Shown here one piece after another: positions 1 to 8,816 of a stretch of 64,000 nucleotides of DNA (position 1 is the stretch's first letter; each line of letters starts with the position of its first letter). This stretch comes from a virus. The DNA lies in the IMG/VR virus record IMGVR_UViG_3300042465_004839, positions 1 to 64,000 of that record. One strand, 5' to 3'. The notes under the pieces were generated by a model, which saw only the letters and a list, made by a program, of their open reading frames with translations, had not been told where the DNA came from and did no database searches. A program made the translations under genes and the position numbers.

Positions 1-2
1 CT

Positions 3-1817
3 CATTGGATTGGTTATAAATTAGGTTCAGGAACAGGCGCAACAGCAGGACAAGCAGCAGCGAAATTGTATAGTCTTAAAAGTACCGAAAATTTATTACT
101 TCAATCTGAAGTTTTTGATAATGCTTCTTGGACTAAAAATAGTTCTACAATTACTCAAAATGCAACTATTGCACCAAACGGAACTTTAACTGCTGATAAA
201 TTAGTTGATACGGCAACATCTGCTCAACATTGGGTATTTCAATCAAATACAAACACACTTTCTTCTGCAACTATAAGTTGTTATATGAAGAAAGGCGAAA
301 GGAGTTGGGGTATAATTAGAACAAGAACAACAATCAACGATTTATTTGCTTGGTTTAATTTAGATAATGGCACACTTGGAACAGTAGAAAGTGGAATAAC
401 GGCATCAATTACAGATGCAGGAAATGGCTGGTATAGGTGTGTAGTCGTAAACCCAAACCCTACAACATCAGCAAATCCTTCAGTTATCGGTTTATCAAAT
501 GCAAACAATGTTTCAACTTATACAGGAGATGGAACTTCGGGAATATTTATTTGGGGTGCTCAATTTAACACAGGTTCAGTAGCATTACCTTACACACAAA
601 CAACAACTACTGCAGAAACTTTAGCAGACGCAGTACAAGCAACGGCAGCAAGTCAGCCATTGTTATTAGCGCATAATGGAGCAAGTAGTGATAATTATTG
701 GTGGGGAAGTGGTGTAGAACGTAATTTTGTAAGCACACCTGATGCAGCAGCAAATAGAATTACAGGTGATATTGAAATAATAGCTAATTTTAAATTAGAC
801 TCTTTAGCTTCAGACCAAACAATAATTGCAAAAGATAATATTAGTTCAAGATTTTACAATTTACTCTATGCAGGAACTGATAGTGGTAAGATTTATTTTG
901 GTAGAAATATTGGAGGTACTTGGGGGTATTCAGTAAGTAGTGTTACAAGTGGATTTACAACAAGTACTATTTATTGGTTAAAAGTAAATAGAAGTGCAAG
1001 TACAGGCGATGTTAAATTTTTTATTTCAACTGATGGAATTAATTATACACAATTAGGAGCAACAGTTACAAGTACAGCAGGCGCATTAACAACAGGAAAT
1101 TTAAAAGTAAATGTTGGTGTATTATCAAGTGATACTGGTGTTATGTTTCAAGGAAAAATCTATCGTGCAACAATAGCAAACTCAATCGGTGGCACACCTG
1201 TAGTTGATTTCAATCCTGCAACATACAACGCAAGTACAAGTCAAACACAATGGACAAGTGCAACAGGTGAAGTTTGGACAATTAACACAGGAAGTGCAAC
1301 AACAGGTTATAAAGGTGTATTGGTTGATAGAACGATAGTGCAAAGTGATGGAGTGGATGATTATTTGGATAATCCAACATTTTTAAGAAATTCATTGATG
1401 ACGCAATATTTAGGATATAGCGCACAAGCAGTTTCATCAGGAGCACAAGCACAAATTATTGATTCAAGTTTAACTAATTACAATAATTCAATATGTCAAA
1501 CTGCGTCAAATATGTTTTCTTGGTTAAACAGTTCTTTATCAAATGTGTCAGGTTCTGCATCTATAATAAATAGAAGAAATATTTTAGCAGTTAATTACAA
1601 TGCAGGAGTTAATAATAATATAAAAACAAACAATATAATTGGAACAATAAATACATATTCACCAACACCAAGTGGAGTTGGAATTAGGCTATTTTCAAAA
1701 GGTGGAACTGTTAGTAGTCATAATGCTACAATAACAACTTATGTATATTGTGCGAATAACGATACTGCAAATAATACTACTATGTTTAACTTCCTTAAAA
1801 CTTTAAATAATTTATAA
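3..1817 (+). CDS. Tail fibre/spike protein with LamG/concanavalin-like domains (5'-truncated by window edge)
   Basis: The frame is open from position 3 (HWIGYKLGSGTG...) into the tracked ORF. It is Thr/Ser/Gly/Asn-rich beta-type, with the NLLLQSEVFDNASWTK...GNGWYRC...IFIWGAQ segment typical of phage spike domains and a DGVDDYL LamG-type start. Confidence 0.7.
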   Translation, partial: HWIGYKLGSGTGATAGQAAAKLYSLKSTENLLLQSEVFDNASWTKNSSTITQNATIAPNGTLTADKLVDTATSAQHWVFQSNTNTLSSATISCYMKKGERSWGIIRTRTTINDLFAWFNLDNGTLGTVESGITASITDAGNGWYRCVVVNPNPTTSANPSVIGLSNANNVSTYTGDGTSGIFIWGAQFNTGSVALPYTQTTTTAETLADAVQATAASQPLLLAHNGASSDNYWWGSGVERNFVSTPDAAANRITGDIEIIANFKLDSLASDQTIIAKDNISSRFYNLLYAGTDSGKIYFGRNIGGTWGYSVSSVTSGFTTSTIYWLKVNRSASTGDVKFFISTDGINYTQLGATVTSTAGALTTGNLKVNVGVLSSDTGVMFQGKIYRATIANSIGGTPVVDFNPATYNASTSQTQWTSATGEVWTINTGSATTGYKGVLVDRTIVQSDGVDDYLDNPTFLRNSLMTQYLGYSAQAVSSGAQAQIIDSSLTNYNNSICQTASNMFSWLNSSLSNVSGSASIINRRNILAVNYNAGVNNNIKTNNIIGTINTYSPTPSGVGIRLFSKGGTVSSHNATITTYVYCANNDTANNTTMFNFLKTLNNL

Positions 1818-2089
1818 TGGAAGATTCAATTCAATACCCACGATTTTATAAGTGCATTACACTTGCTAAATTCAAAGAATTAGATACAAAATGTTGTGTT
1901 CTTTTAGGCTTACCTAATGATGAAGATACAATTGATTACGCAAATCCAATTGTAGACTCTGATGGTAACAACTGGCTGATAGTAAATCAAGATACGAGTA
2001 GCTTGTTTAGTAAAGAAGAAATAGCTGAAATGATTCAGTATGATGAAATAATACAAAATAAAAATAAAACTAATTTAATATACGCATAA
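1817..2089 (+). CDS. Small tail-associated protein (possible fibre chaperone)
   Basis: 90 aa, acidic, coupled to the fibre gene by a TAATG overlap. Confidence 0.4.
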   Translation: MEDSIQYPRFYKCITLAKFKELDTKCCVLLGLPNDEDTIDYANPIVDSDGNNWLIVNQDTSSLFSKEEIAEMIQYDEIIQNKNKTNLIYA

Positions 2090-2091
2090 AT

Positions 2092-3420
2092 ATGAACATT
2101 TATAATCAAAACGTGGCATTTAATTATCGTGGGATACTTAACCTTGACGCTACTACAATAAATACTCCTTTAGATGCTACACTTCGTGCAGTAACTGACG
2201 GAACAGGAACTTCTTCTGTACTAAATTTGAGTACTACTCAAGTAAATGTGGGAGGGGGTTCTGCATTAGGTAGATTAGTAGTTAGAGGAGATGGAACAAA
2301 TCCTATTGCTAGGTTTGAAAATAGTGGAGGTACAGCTTTAGTTACTATTAATCAAAGTATATTAGGAGCAAATGTAGCATTTACAAATGCTTTTACACTA
2401 TTAGGAAATACAGGAACTACTGTATTTAATAGTACCATAAATGCAAATGTTACTGGAAGTGTTGGGGCATTAGCAGTATTTGATTATACAATGTCTAATG
2501 ATATATCGACATCATCAACATCGAATTATTTTAGAGTTTTTAAAACAATATCTCCTGCTGCTGGTAGTGCAAATTTTAGAAATTTAATAGTTGATTATAC
2601 TATTAATGCAAGTGGCGTTCAAACAGGCAATGCAACAGGTATATTCTTAAATGCTACAGAAACTTTGTTAAATGGGATGACTCATAATTTGATGGATTTG
2701 CAAGTTGGTGGGGTTAGTAAATTTTTAGTTAGTAGGGCGGGAACGTTAACATTGTTAGGTAATATAAATGCTTCGGGGGGGGGGATAAGTGGCAATTTAT
2801 TGTCTTTTAGTGGATTGGGTGAATTTTTAGCGCAATCTGACGGGGTTTTTACTGTTAGGAATAATGCTGGCACAAGTTTTAACCGTTTACAATTAGGCGG
2901 CACAACGTCAAGTTTTCCATCTATAAAACGCAACGGAGCGGCTATTGATTTTAGGTTGGCTGATGATTCGGCTAATTGCAATATAAATACGGGTCATATT
3001 TTTGGTGGTACGGGTGCGACTTTTGACATAGGTTCTGCTTCACAATCATATGCAAATTTATTTGTTAATTTAAGTCAAAAAGTTGGCTCTCCTTTTAAAT
3101 TAATATGGTATTCAAACAATTTAGCAGTTGGCTCACCCGATACAAGTATTAGCCGCTATTCTGCAAATGTTGTAAGAATTGGAAATGAAACAACGGGAGC
3201 GGGGAATTTATTTGTAGGTGGTTCAACGGGTTACGATTCAACCGCAATTTTACAAGCAGATAGCACAACAAAAGGCTTTTTAATGCCACGTCAAACTCAA
3301 GCGCAAATTTTAGCAATAGTAACACCCGCAAACGGTTTGCAAGTATATAACACCGATTTAAACCAGCCTTGTTTTTATGACGGTACGGGCTGGAAAAAAA
3401 TTAATCATTCACCAATGTAA
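2092..3420 (+). CDS. Tail fibre-like protein
   Basis: Gly/Asn/Thr-rich. The C-terminal DSTTKGFLMPR...PANGLQVYNTDLN...YDGTGW motif is common in Bacteroidota fibre and surface proteins. Confidence 0.65.
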   Translation: MNIYNQNVAFNYRGILNLDATTINTPLDATLRAVTDGTGTSSVLNLSTTQVNVGGGSALGRLVVRGDGTNPIARFENSGGTALVTINQSILGANVAFTNAFTLLGNTGTTVFNSTINANVTGSVGALAVFDYTMSNDISTSSTSNYFRVFKTISPAAGSANFRNLIVDYTINASGVQTGNATGIFLNATETLLNGMTHNLMDLQVGGVSKFLVSRAGTLTLLGNINASGGGISGNLLSFSGLGEFLAQSDGVFTVRNNAGTSFNRLQLGGTTSSFPSIKRNGAAIDFRLADDSANCNINTGHIFGGTGATFDIGSASQSYANLFVNLSQKVGSPFKLIWYSNNLAVGSPDTSISRYSANVVRIGNETTGAGNLFVGGSTGYDSTAILQADSTTKGFLMPRQTQAQILAIVTPANGLQVYNTDLNQPCFYDGTGWKKINHSPM

Positions 3421-3452
3421 TTTAATAAATAATAACAAATAAATAATTGTAA

Positions 3453-4013
3453 ATGATAGGCATATATAAATTTACATTTTCTAACGGGCATTATTATATT
3501 GGTCAGGGGATTAATTTAAAAAGACGTGAGTTGCAGCATATTCGTGAAATGAATAAGCAAAGACATACAAATAAAAGAGTGCAAAACTGTTTTAATAAAT
3601 ATGGATTACCTTCATTTGAGGTTCTTGAAGAATGCGATAGAGAAGATTTAAATAGTATAGAAACAAAATATATTTCAGATAATATTTTAAATGATAATTT
3701 TTGTAATATATGTACAGAAGGAAAAAGTAGAAAAGGAGTAAAATCAAGCGAAGAAACAAAATGTTTAATTAAAAACTATCAATATGCTTCAGGTAAAAAT
3801 AAACCTGTTTATATATATAGTAGAGATGAGATGTTTTTGCTTGGTAAATTTAGGTCTATAAGGGAAGCAGAGCAATATATTGGATGTAGTCCAAAAAGTG
3901 TACAAACATCTTGTAAATCTAATGGTCATTATAATGTTGGTAAGTATAAATTTAAGTATGCATCACACGCAGATATATTATTAAATAGCGTAAAACAAAT
4001 AGTAAAACTTTAA
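3453..4013 (+). CDS. GIY-YIG homing endonuclease with NUMOD-like C-terminus
   Basis: GIY...YYIG motif, conserved R (KRRELQH) and E; C-terminal FRSIREAEQYIG DNA-binding module. Confidence 0.85.
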   Translation: MIGIYKFTFSNGHYYIGQGINLKRRELQHIREMNKQRHTNKRVQNCFNKYGLPSFEVLEECDREDLNSIETKYISDNILNDNFCNICTEGKSRKGVKSSEETKCLIKNYQYASGKNKPVYIYSRDEMFLLGKFRSIREAEQYIGCSPKSVQTSCKSNGHYNVGKYKFKYASHADILLNSVKQIVKL

Positions 4014-4032
4014 ATAAATAAATAAAAATAAA

Positions 4033-4332
4033 ATGATAAAATTAAATCAAGCAAGTTTCATAGCTACGAGCGCAGAAACACAAACAAGTACAAAAGTAGG
4101 TTTACTAACAGTAAACTATAACTCTTTTTTAGGAAGTAAATTAGTAGACGGAGAAAATGTTCCTCAAGGTTACATCCAATCTTTTGTTTACAATGAAACA
4201 ATGAATTCTATTATGAATGATGTTCAGGAAGATACATTATTTACTGGAAATATTTTAGCAGAATTAACAGATATGTATATCAGTAAGTTGGAATTGTTAA
4301 ATCCAAGTATTATTTTTACAAGCACATTATAA
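4033..4332 (+). CDS. Hypothetical protein (tail module)
   Basis: 99-aa ORF with an A-rich start context. Confidence 0.55.
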   Translation: MIKLNQASFIATSAETQTSTKVGLLTVNYNSFLGSKLVDGENVPQGYIQSFVYNETMNSIMNDVQEDTLFTGNILAELTDMYISKLELLNPSIIFTSTL

Positions 4333-4348
4333 TAAAAGAAAAAATAAC

Positions 4349-4495
4349 ATGATAACATTAAGCGAAGAAAAACTGAAAGAATTGGATATGTTTATCCAAG
4401 AGATGCCAACTAAATTTGGTTTACCGTTAATTCAATTTATTAACAAGATAATTGAAGAGCAAAAAGAAGTAGAAGAGGCGGAAGTAGTAAACTAA
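4349..4495 (+). CDS. Small acidic protein, 48 aa (not in ORF track)
   Basis: Manual translation MITLSEEKLKELDMFIQEMPTKFGLPLIQFINKIIEEQKEVEEAEVVN; it fills the gap exactly. Confidence 0.6.
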   Translation: MITLSEEKLKELDMFIQEMPTKFGLPLIQFINKIIEEQKEVEEAEVVN

Positions 4496-4518
4496 TTAAT
4501 AATAGATAAATAAAAATA

Positions 4519-4776
4519 ATGGCTGTAGGCTTACCAATCTCTTTTTCTGACTTTTTAAAAGACCCTTTCAAGGCAACAATGTTTCTAATTATTATCTCAG
4601 TAGGTTACCTATATGTAGATAATAAACTAATGTACCAAAAACAGATTGAGAAATCTGATGCAAAGATTGAGATAATGGACTATAAGATAGACCAATTATC
4701 TATTGCATTAAAAAGGTCAGACTCTGCATTAGCAGTAGCAGTTACGAAGTTGGACATTTTAACCCAAATGAAATGA
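4519..4776 (+). CDS. Membrane protein with coiled coil (holin/antiholin-like)
   Basis: One TM helix (ATMFLIIISVGYLYV) then a coiled coil; first gene of the lysis cluster. Confidence 0.5.
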   Translation: MAVGLPISFSDFLKDPFKATMFLIIISVGYLYVDNKLMYQKQIEKSDAKIEIMDYKIDQLSIALKRSDSALAVAVTKLDILTQMK

Positions 4777-5093
4777 TGAAAAGCGTACTATTCATAGCCA
4801 CAACTTTAGTCATTGCGGTATCTACATTAACTCACGAGCCAGAGCCAAAGAATACAACTCCAGACTCTATAGACTCTTTATTAGCTAAAAGTAAGAGTAA
4901 CTTTGTCAAGGCTAACAGCAGTATCAAAGTGGCAGAGAAAGTACAAAAGGAAAGCTTTGAAACCATCAAGACTAAGATTGCAGCACTTGAAGCAGAAAAT
5001 AAATCTTTAACCTTTAAATTAGAACATTATGAGGACACTATCCTTACTGTTGTTGACTCTGTTGAGCCTTTCAACTTATTCCCAAATAATTAA
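4773..5093 (+). CDS. Spanin-like protein A1 (N-terminal anchor + coiled coil)
   Basis: N-terminal hydrophobic helix, coiled coil, 65-nt overlap with the next ORF. Confidence 0.45.
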   Translation: MMKSVLFIATTLVIAVSTLTHEPEPKNTTPDSIDSLLAKSKSNFVKANSSIKVAEKVQKESFETIKTKIAALEAENKSLTFKLEHYEDTILTVVDSVEPFNLFPNN

Positions 5094-5337
5094 AAAAGTA
5101 GACGGAGAAAAAGTAGTAGTGTTTACCCTCGTTCAAGCTAAGCAGGTAAATGATACCTTCGTGTATCAAAGAGCTGAAATTGAGCGACTAAAAAATATAA
5201 AGCCAATAGTAAGGGTAGACACAGTTCAAGTAGTTCAAGTAGTAGAGAAACAAAAAGACCAATTATTTACAATAGAAGGTCTTGTGTTTATAGTAGTACA
5301 AGGAATAATAATGTTCCCACTAATATTTATGAAATAG
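5029..5337 (+). CDS. Spanin-like protein B1 (signal peptide, C-terminal TM)
   Basis: MRTLSLLLLTLLSLSTYS-Q signal peptide; C-terminal GLVFIVVQGIIMFPLIF. Confidence 0.45.
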   Translation: MRTLSLLLLTLLSLSTYSQIIKKVDGEKVVVFTLVQAKQVNDTFVYQRAEIERLKNIKPIVRVDTVQVVQVVEKQKDQLFTIEGLVFIVVQGIIMFPLIFMK

Positions 5338-5338
5338 T

Positions 5339-5563
5339 ATGAAATTCTTAGAAATAATTAAAGACGAAAAAGGGCAATTTTCAAGCAAGAGATTTGCTGG
5401 GATTTTATGCACATTAACATTGTGCATCACTATGTACCACAACTCATTCTCATTAGTAGAGGTTGCGCCATCAACAATTTTAGTTGAGTCAGTAGCCTTA
5501 TTAGCATTTGGTGCTTTAGGACTAAGCTCAGTAGAGAAGTTTAAGAAAACAGTAGCAGAATAA
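5339..5563 (+). CDS. Putative holin (2 TM)
   Basis: DEKGQFSSKRF...two TM helices...GLSSVEKF, upstream of the endolysin. Confidence 0.6.
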   Translation: MKFLEIIKDEKGQFSSKRFAGILCTLTLCITMYHNSFSLVEVAPSTILVESVALLAFGALGLSSVEKFKKTVAE

Positions 5564-5566
5564 CAA

Positions 5567-5671
5567 TTGGAATCGCCTACAACAAATAGGGAAGTAGTCA
5601 AGGTAGTACTAATCCTTACAGCGTTGTGGTCTATCTTTTTTTACATAATATACATATATGAAAGTAAATAA
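5567..5671 (+). CDS. 34-aa single-TM peptide overlapping the endolysin start
   Basis: TTG start; MESPTTNREVVKVVLILTALWSIFFYIIYIYESK. Confidence 0.35.
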   Translation: MESPTTNREVVKVVLILTALWSIFFYIIYIYESK

Positions 5672-6125
5672 AATAAATAAGGCAGGATTAGACTTAATTA
5701 AATCTTTTGAAGGATTTAGTGCAAAGGCTTATGTAGACCCAGCAACAGGTGGACTACCAATAACTATAGGCTACGGTTCAACAAGATACAGCGATGGTAG
5801 TAAGGTAAAGATGACTGACCCTGTTTTGTCAATGGAGGCAGCAGAGAAGTTATTAGCCGATACTATGGGGCAGTACGAGTTAGCAGTTGATGCTATGGCA
5901 GTTGATACACTTAATGCTAATCAATTTTCAGCATTGGTATCTTTCTGTTATAATTGTGGAGCAGGTAACTTAAAGAGTTCTACACTATTAAAGAAGGTGA
6001 ATATTAACCCTAACGACCCTACCATTGCAGCAGAATTTGCTAAATGGAATAAAGGTGCAGGAAAGGTTTTGGCAGGTTTGACAAGACGCAGATTGGCGGA
6101 GAGCGAACTTTATAATAAAAAATAA
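5658..6125 (+). CDS. Endolysin, GH24 (phage lysozyme)
   Basis: FEGF...YVD...TIGYG catalytic E/D/T pattern; NQFSALVSFCYNCG; GLTRRRLAE. Confidence 0.93.
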   Translation: MKVNKINKAGLDLIKSFEGFSAKAYVDPATGGLPITIGYGSTRYSDGSKVKMTDPVLSMEAAEKLLADTMGQYELAVDAMAVDTLNANQFSALVSFCYNCGAGNLKSSTLLKKVNINPNDPTIAAEFAKWNKGAGKVLAGLTRRRLAESELYNKK

Positions 6126-6143
6126 ACAAAAAACAATAAAACT

Positions 6144-6443
6144 ATGATAGTATTCGCAATCTTATTACTACTACAGACCTGCTTAAATGCAATGTCGGAC
6201 TCAATAGTGCATCATGATGCTTACAAGAACTACGGATACTTCTTCTCAAAGGAGGCAGCAGAAGCACCTAAGTTTGATTGGTTTCATAGATACTTTCCAA
6301 TGTTCCATGATTTTTGGCATTTATCAAAAGTAGGTCAAACCTTATGTACCGTAGGAGTGATTTATATTGCTACAGGTTCATTTATATTCGTTATTGCTAT
6401 ACTTGTGGCAAGAGGCTTACTATTTAATATCGTATACAAATGA
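6144..6443 (+). CDS. Membrane protein
   Basis: Three hydrophobic segments; DFWHLSK motif. Confidence 0.55.
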   Translation: MIVFAILLLLQTCLNAMSDSIVHHDAYKNYGYFFSKEAAEAPKFDWFHRYFPMFHDFWHLSKVGQTLCTVGVIYIATGSFIFVIAILVARGLLFNIVYK

Positions 6444-6745
6444 AAATTAAAGAATTTATATTATCAACATTAGTAGTAATTACGTTAGCATTTATTGGAG
6501 GATTTTTTACTTGTAAAAGTTTTCATGAAGAGCCTAAAGAGGTAGTATATGATATTACTCATATAGCAGACAGTATAATATCTGCTAATAAACATTCAGA
6601 CACAGTAATTATAAAATTAGAAGGAAAAATTAAACATGAAAAAGGTAAACTTATTGAAACATTTATTGCTATTGACTCTCTTAGTTTTGACAGCGCATAC
6701 AAGTTATGGACAATTGAGTCAAGACTCTACGAGCCTATCTATTAA
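6440..6745 (+). CDS. Spanin-like protein A2 (possible lipoprotein)
   Basis: Hydrophobic leader ending GFFT-C; overlaps the next ORF by 110 nt. Confidence 0.5.
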   Translation: MKIKEFILSTLVVITLAFIGGFFTCKSFHEEPKEVVYDITHIADSIISANKHSDTVIIKLEGKIKHEKGKLIETFIAIDSLSFDSAYKLWTIESRLYEPIY

Positions 6746-6995
6746 AAACTCTATTAAGTGCTTTGCTGAACAAAAGGCATTAAAGGTAATTATAGGATCA
6801 AAAGATAGTATCAATTCAGAGTTAATATCAAAATTTAATAGAACTATGTTCTTGGCTGATACTTGTATTAAGGCTAATGCTGTACTTAACAAAGAGAATA
6901 AATCCCTTAAAAGCAAGAATACTACACTAAAATCATACATAAAGATTCTGGGTGGAATCATATTAGTTGAGGTAGTGCGTTTACTTATTAGTTAA
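6636..6995 (+). CDS. Spanin-like protein B2 (signal peptide, coiled coil, C-terminal TM)
   Basis: Signal ...TAHTSYG-Q; coiled coil; ILGGIILVEVVRLLIS tail. Confidence 0.5.
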   Translation: MKKVNLLKHLLLLTLLVLTAHTSYGQLSQDSTSLSIKNSIKCFAEQKALKVIIGSKDSINSELISKFNRTMFLADTCIKANAVLNKENKSLKSKNTTLKSYIKILGGIILVEVVRLLIS

Positions 6996-7150
6996 GGTTT
7001 AACTTTAGGCACAAAGCTTTCACACTTATCTTTTAAAGCAAATACTGTATGTGGATAGTGCTTACAGTATTTCGCACATTCAAACCTTTGACCACACAAT
7101 ACTTTTGTGCCAAAATGTTCCCCACTACACTTTTGTTTTATCTGTTCCAT
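6992..7150 (-). CDS. 52-aa Cys-rich protein (not in ORF track)
   Basis: MEQIKQKCSGEHFGTKVLCGQRFECAKYCKHYPHTVFALKDKCESFVPKVKP; own TACTTTTG box at 7167-7160. Confidence 0.55.
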   Translation of the reverse strand: MEQIKQKCSGEHFGTKVLCGQRFECAKYCKHYPHTVFALKDKCESFVPKVKP

Positions 7151-7197
7151 AATTGTCCACAAAAGTAATCGAAAATGCCTTATTTGACAATTAAAAT

Positions 7198-7235
7198 AAT
7201 TTAATTAGGAACTAAATGTGGAAAACATATCTTTG
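7198..7235 (+). promoter_or_regulatory. Bacteroidota-type promoter (AATTTAATTAG-N19-TATCTTTG)
   Basis: TAnnTTTG at 7228-7235, ATG 4 nt downstream. Confidence 0.7.
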
Positions 7236-7239
7236 TGGT

Positions 7240-7344
7240 ATGGAAACAAATGAAATAATATCAACAATTATAGTGGTAACAATATTAGCAGTAGGATGGA
7301 TTATTGTCATAAAAGAAATAATGGAAATAAAATCTGATGACTAA
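7240..7344 (+). CDS. 34-aa TM peptide (probably leaderless)
   Basis: METNEIISTIIVVTILAVGWIIVIKEIMEIKSDD; overlaps the next start. Confidence 0.45.
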   Translation: METNEIISTIIVVTILAVGWIIVIKEIMEIKSDD

Positions 7345-7768
7345 AAAGTGGACAATGGATGACTTAAAAGCTAAAGGTGTTCATGTAGGAGAGGATGGAA
7401 TAGCCAAGAAATTAGTAAAGCCTAAAGCTAACAAGTATGGTGTAAACCCTAAAGAGAAGAGAACCTACAATGGAACTGTTTACGCATCTACTGCCGAAAT
7501 GAAGTATAGGATTAAGTTAGACACAATAGTTAAGTACAACAACGAAGAGAATCCTATAAGTAAGATTGAGGAGCAGATAAAGTATCCGATTGAAATAAAA
7601 GGGTTCAAGTGCTTTACTTACATATTGGACTTTAGAGTTACATACTCAAGTGGTGCTACACAGCATATAGATGTAAAAGGAAGTAAGTTAGGAGCAGCAT
7701 ACGCAATGTTTAGGCTCAAAAAGAAGTGTGTGGAAGCATACTACGGAATAGAAATCTTAGAAAGATAA
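7337..7768 (+). CDS. DUF1064-like PD-(D/E)XK nuclease
   Basis: NKYG...YNGTVYASTAE...YILDF...IDVKG...FRLKKK pattern. Confidence 0.75.
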   Translation: MTKKWTMDDLKAKGVHVGEDGIAKKLVKPKANKYGVNPKEKRTYNGTVYASTAEMKYRIKLDTIVKYNNEENPISKIEEQIKYPIEIKGFKCFTYILDFRVTYSSGATQHIDVKGSKLGAAYAMFRLKKKCVEAYYGIEILER

Positions 7769-7807
7769 ATTAAACAATAAAAACCAAGTAAATTAAATTA
7801 AGTAAAA

Positions 7808-8701
7808 ATGAGTAGAAGTAATCAAGAAGAAACATCGGTAAATCCAGCTAAGCGTTGGTTCAGATGGTCAGGTAAGAATGGTAGTATCACATACTACGAC
7901 AAAGAGAAGAAAGAAAACGTGCCTGTAAAGATGCCGTTCACATTCCTATTGTTAGATGAGTTAACCACAATCTCAGGATACAGCGAGTCCGAAGACAAGG
8001 GTATCTATTCTAATGAAGTAAAGTTTACCAACAGCGAAAAGTTAAATGTTCGTTGCGGTAAGAACACAATTGAAGTTGGCTTGTACAACGACATTAAAGA
8101 TGCTGTAAAAGCTAAAGGTGGTAAGTACTCAAGAAGTTGTTACATAGCCTTTAAAGATGACAATGGAAGTTTAGAAATAGGTAACATCCTTATGACTGGC
8201 TCATCATTAAGTGGCGGTGACCATAAACCTGAAGGTTCAAAAGACAAAATTAAGTTAGATGGTTGGATGGACTTTATGAATGCTAACAAAAAAGCAATTT
8301 ATAATAGTGCTATTAAAATGGAACTTGAACCAAGACTATGTAAGAAAGGTTCTAACCCTTATCGTATTCCTAAATTCTCATTAGTAGAAATTGGTGAAGA
8401 GTCTAACACTTTAGCAACTGCCTTAGACAATGACTTACAAGCATTTTTAACGGTGTACTTGATAGAAAGTTCTAGAAAGATTAATAAGGTAGATACAGTA
8501 TATGATTTTGATTCGGATGAAAGTCAAGAAATTAAAGAAATTAAAGAGCAAATGAAAAAAGAAAGAGAATCTAATAAATTAGCTACAACTGAAGCTGTTT
8601 ATGGTTCACCAAGAACAAGAGAGCAATTTACTGCTGATAAAGATGAAGATTTCATAACAAGCTTTACTGCTGTTAGTGAAGACAATGATCTTCCTTTCTG
8701 A
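7808..8701 (+). CDS. Putative single-stranded DNA-binding protein
   Basis: Aromatic/basic N-terminal domain and acidic C-terminal tail ending EDNDLPF (SSB-Ct-like). Confidence 0.55.
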   Translation: MSRSNQEETSVNPAKRWFRWSGKNGSITYYDKEKKENVPVKMPFTFLLLDELTTISGYSESEDKGIYSNEVKFTNSEKLNVRCGKNTIEVGLYNDIKDAVKAKGGKYSRSCYIAFKDDNGSLEIGNILMTGSSLSGGDHKPEGSKDKIKLDGWMDFMNANKKAIYNSAIKMELEPRLCKKGSNPYRIPKFSLVEIGEESNTLATALDNDLQAFLTVYLIESSRKINKVDTVYDFDSDESQEIKEIKEQMKKERESNKLATTEAVYGSPRTREQFTADKDEDFITSFTAVSEDNDLPF

Positions 8702-8816
8702 TAATTAACTGATTATCAAATGAGTAAACAATTATTTTTTGAGTTAAGAGAGTTAGAAATGGCTCTCTTAACAAGAGAACAAGTCGCACAACAAAAACAA
8801 ATAGAGGAGAAACAAT

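Noticed and set aside
1-3420. Diversity-generating retroelement acting on the fibres
   Set aside because: No reverse transcriptase and no TR/VR pair differing at adenines was seen in the window.
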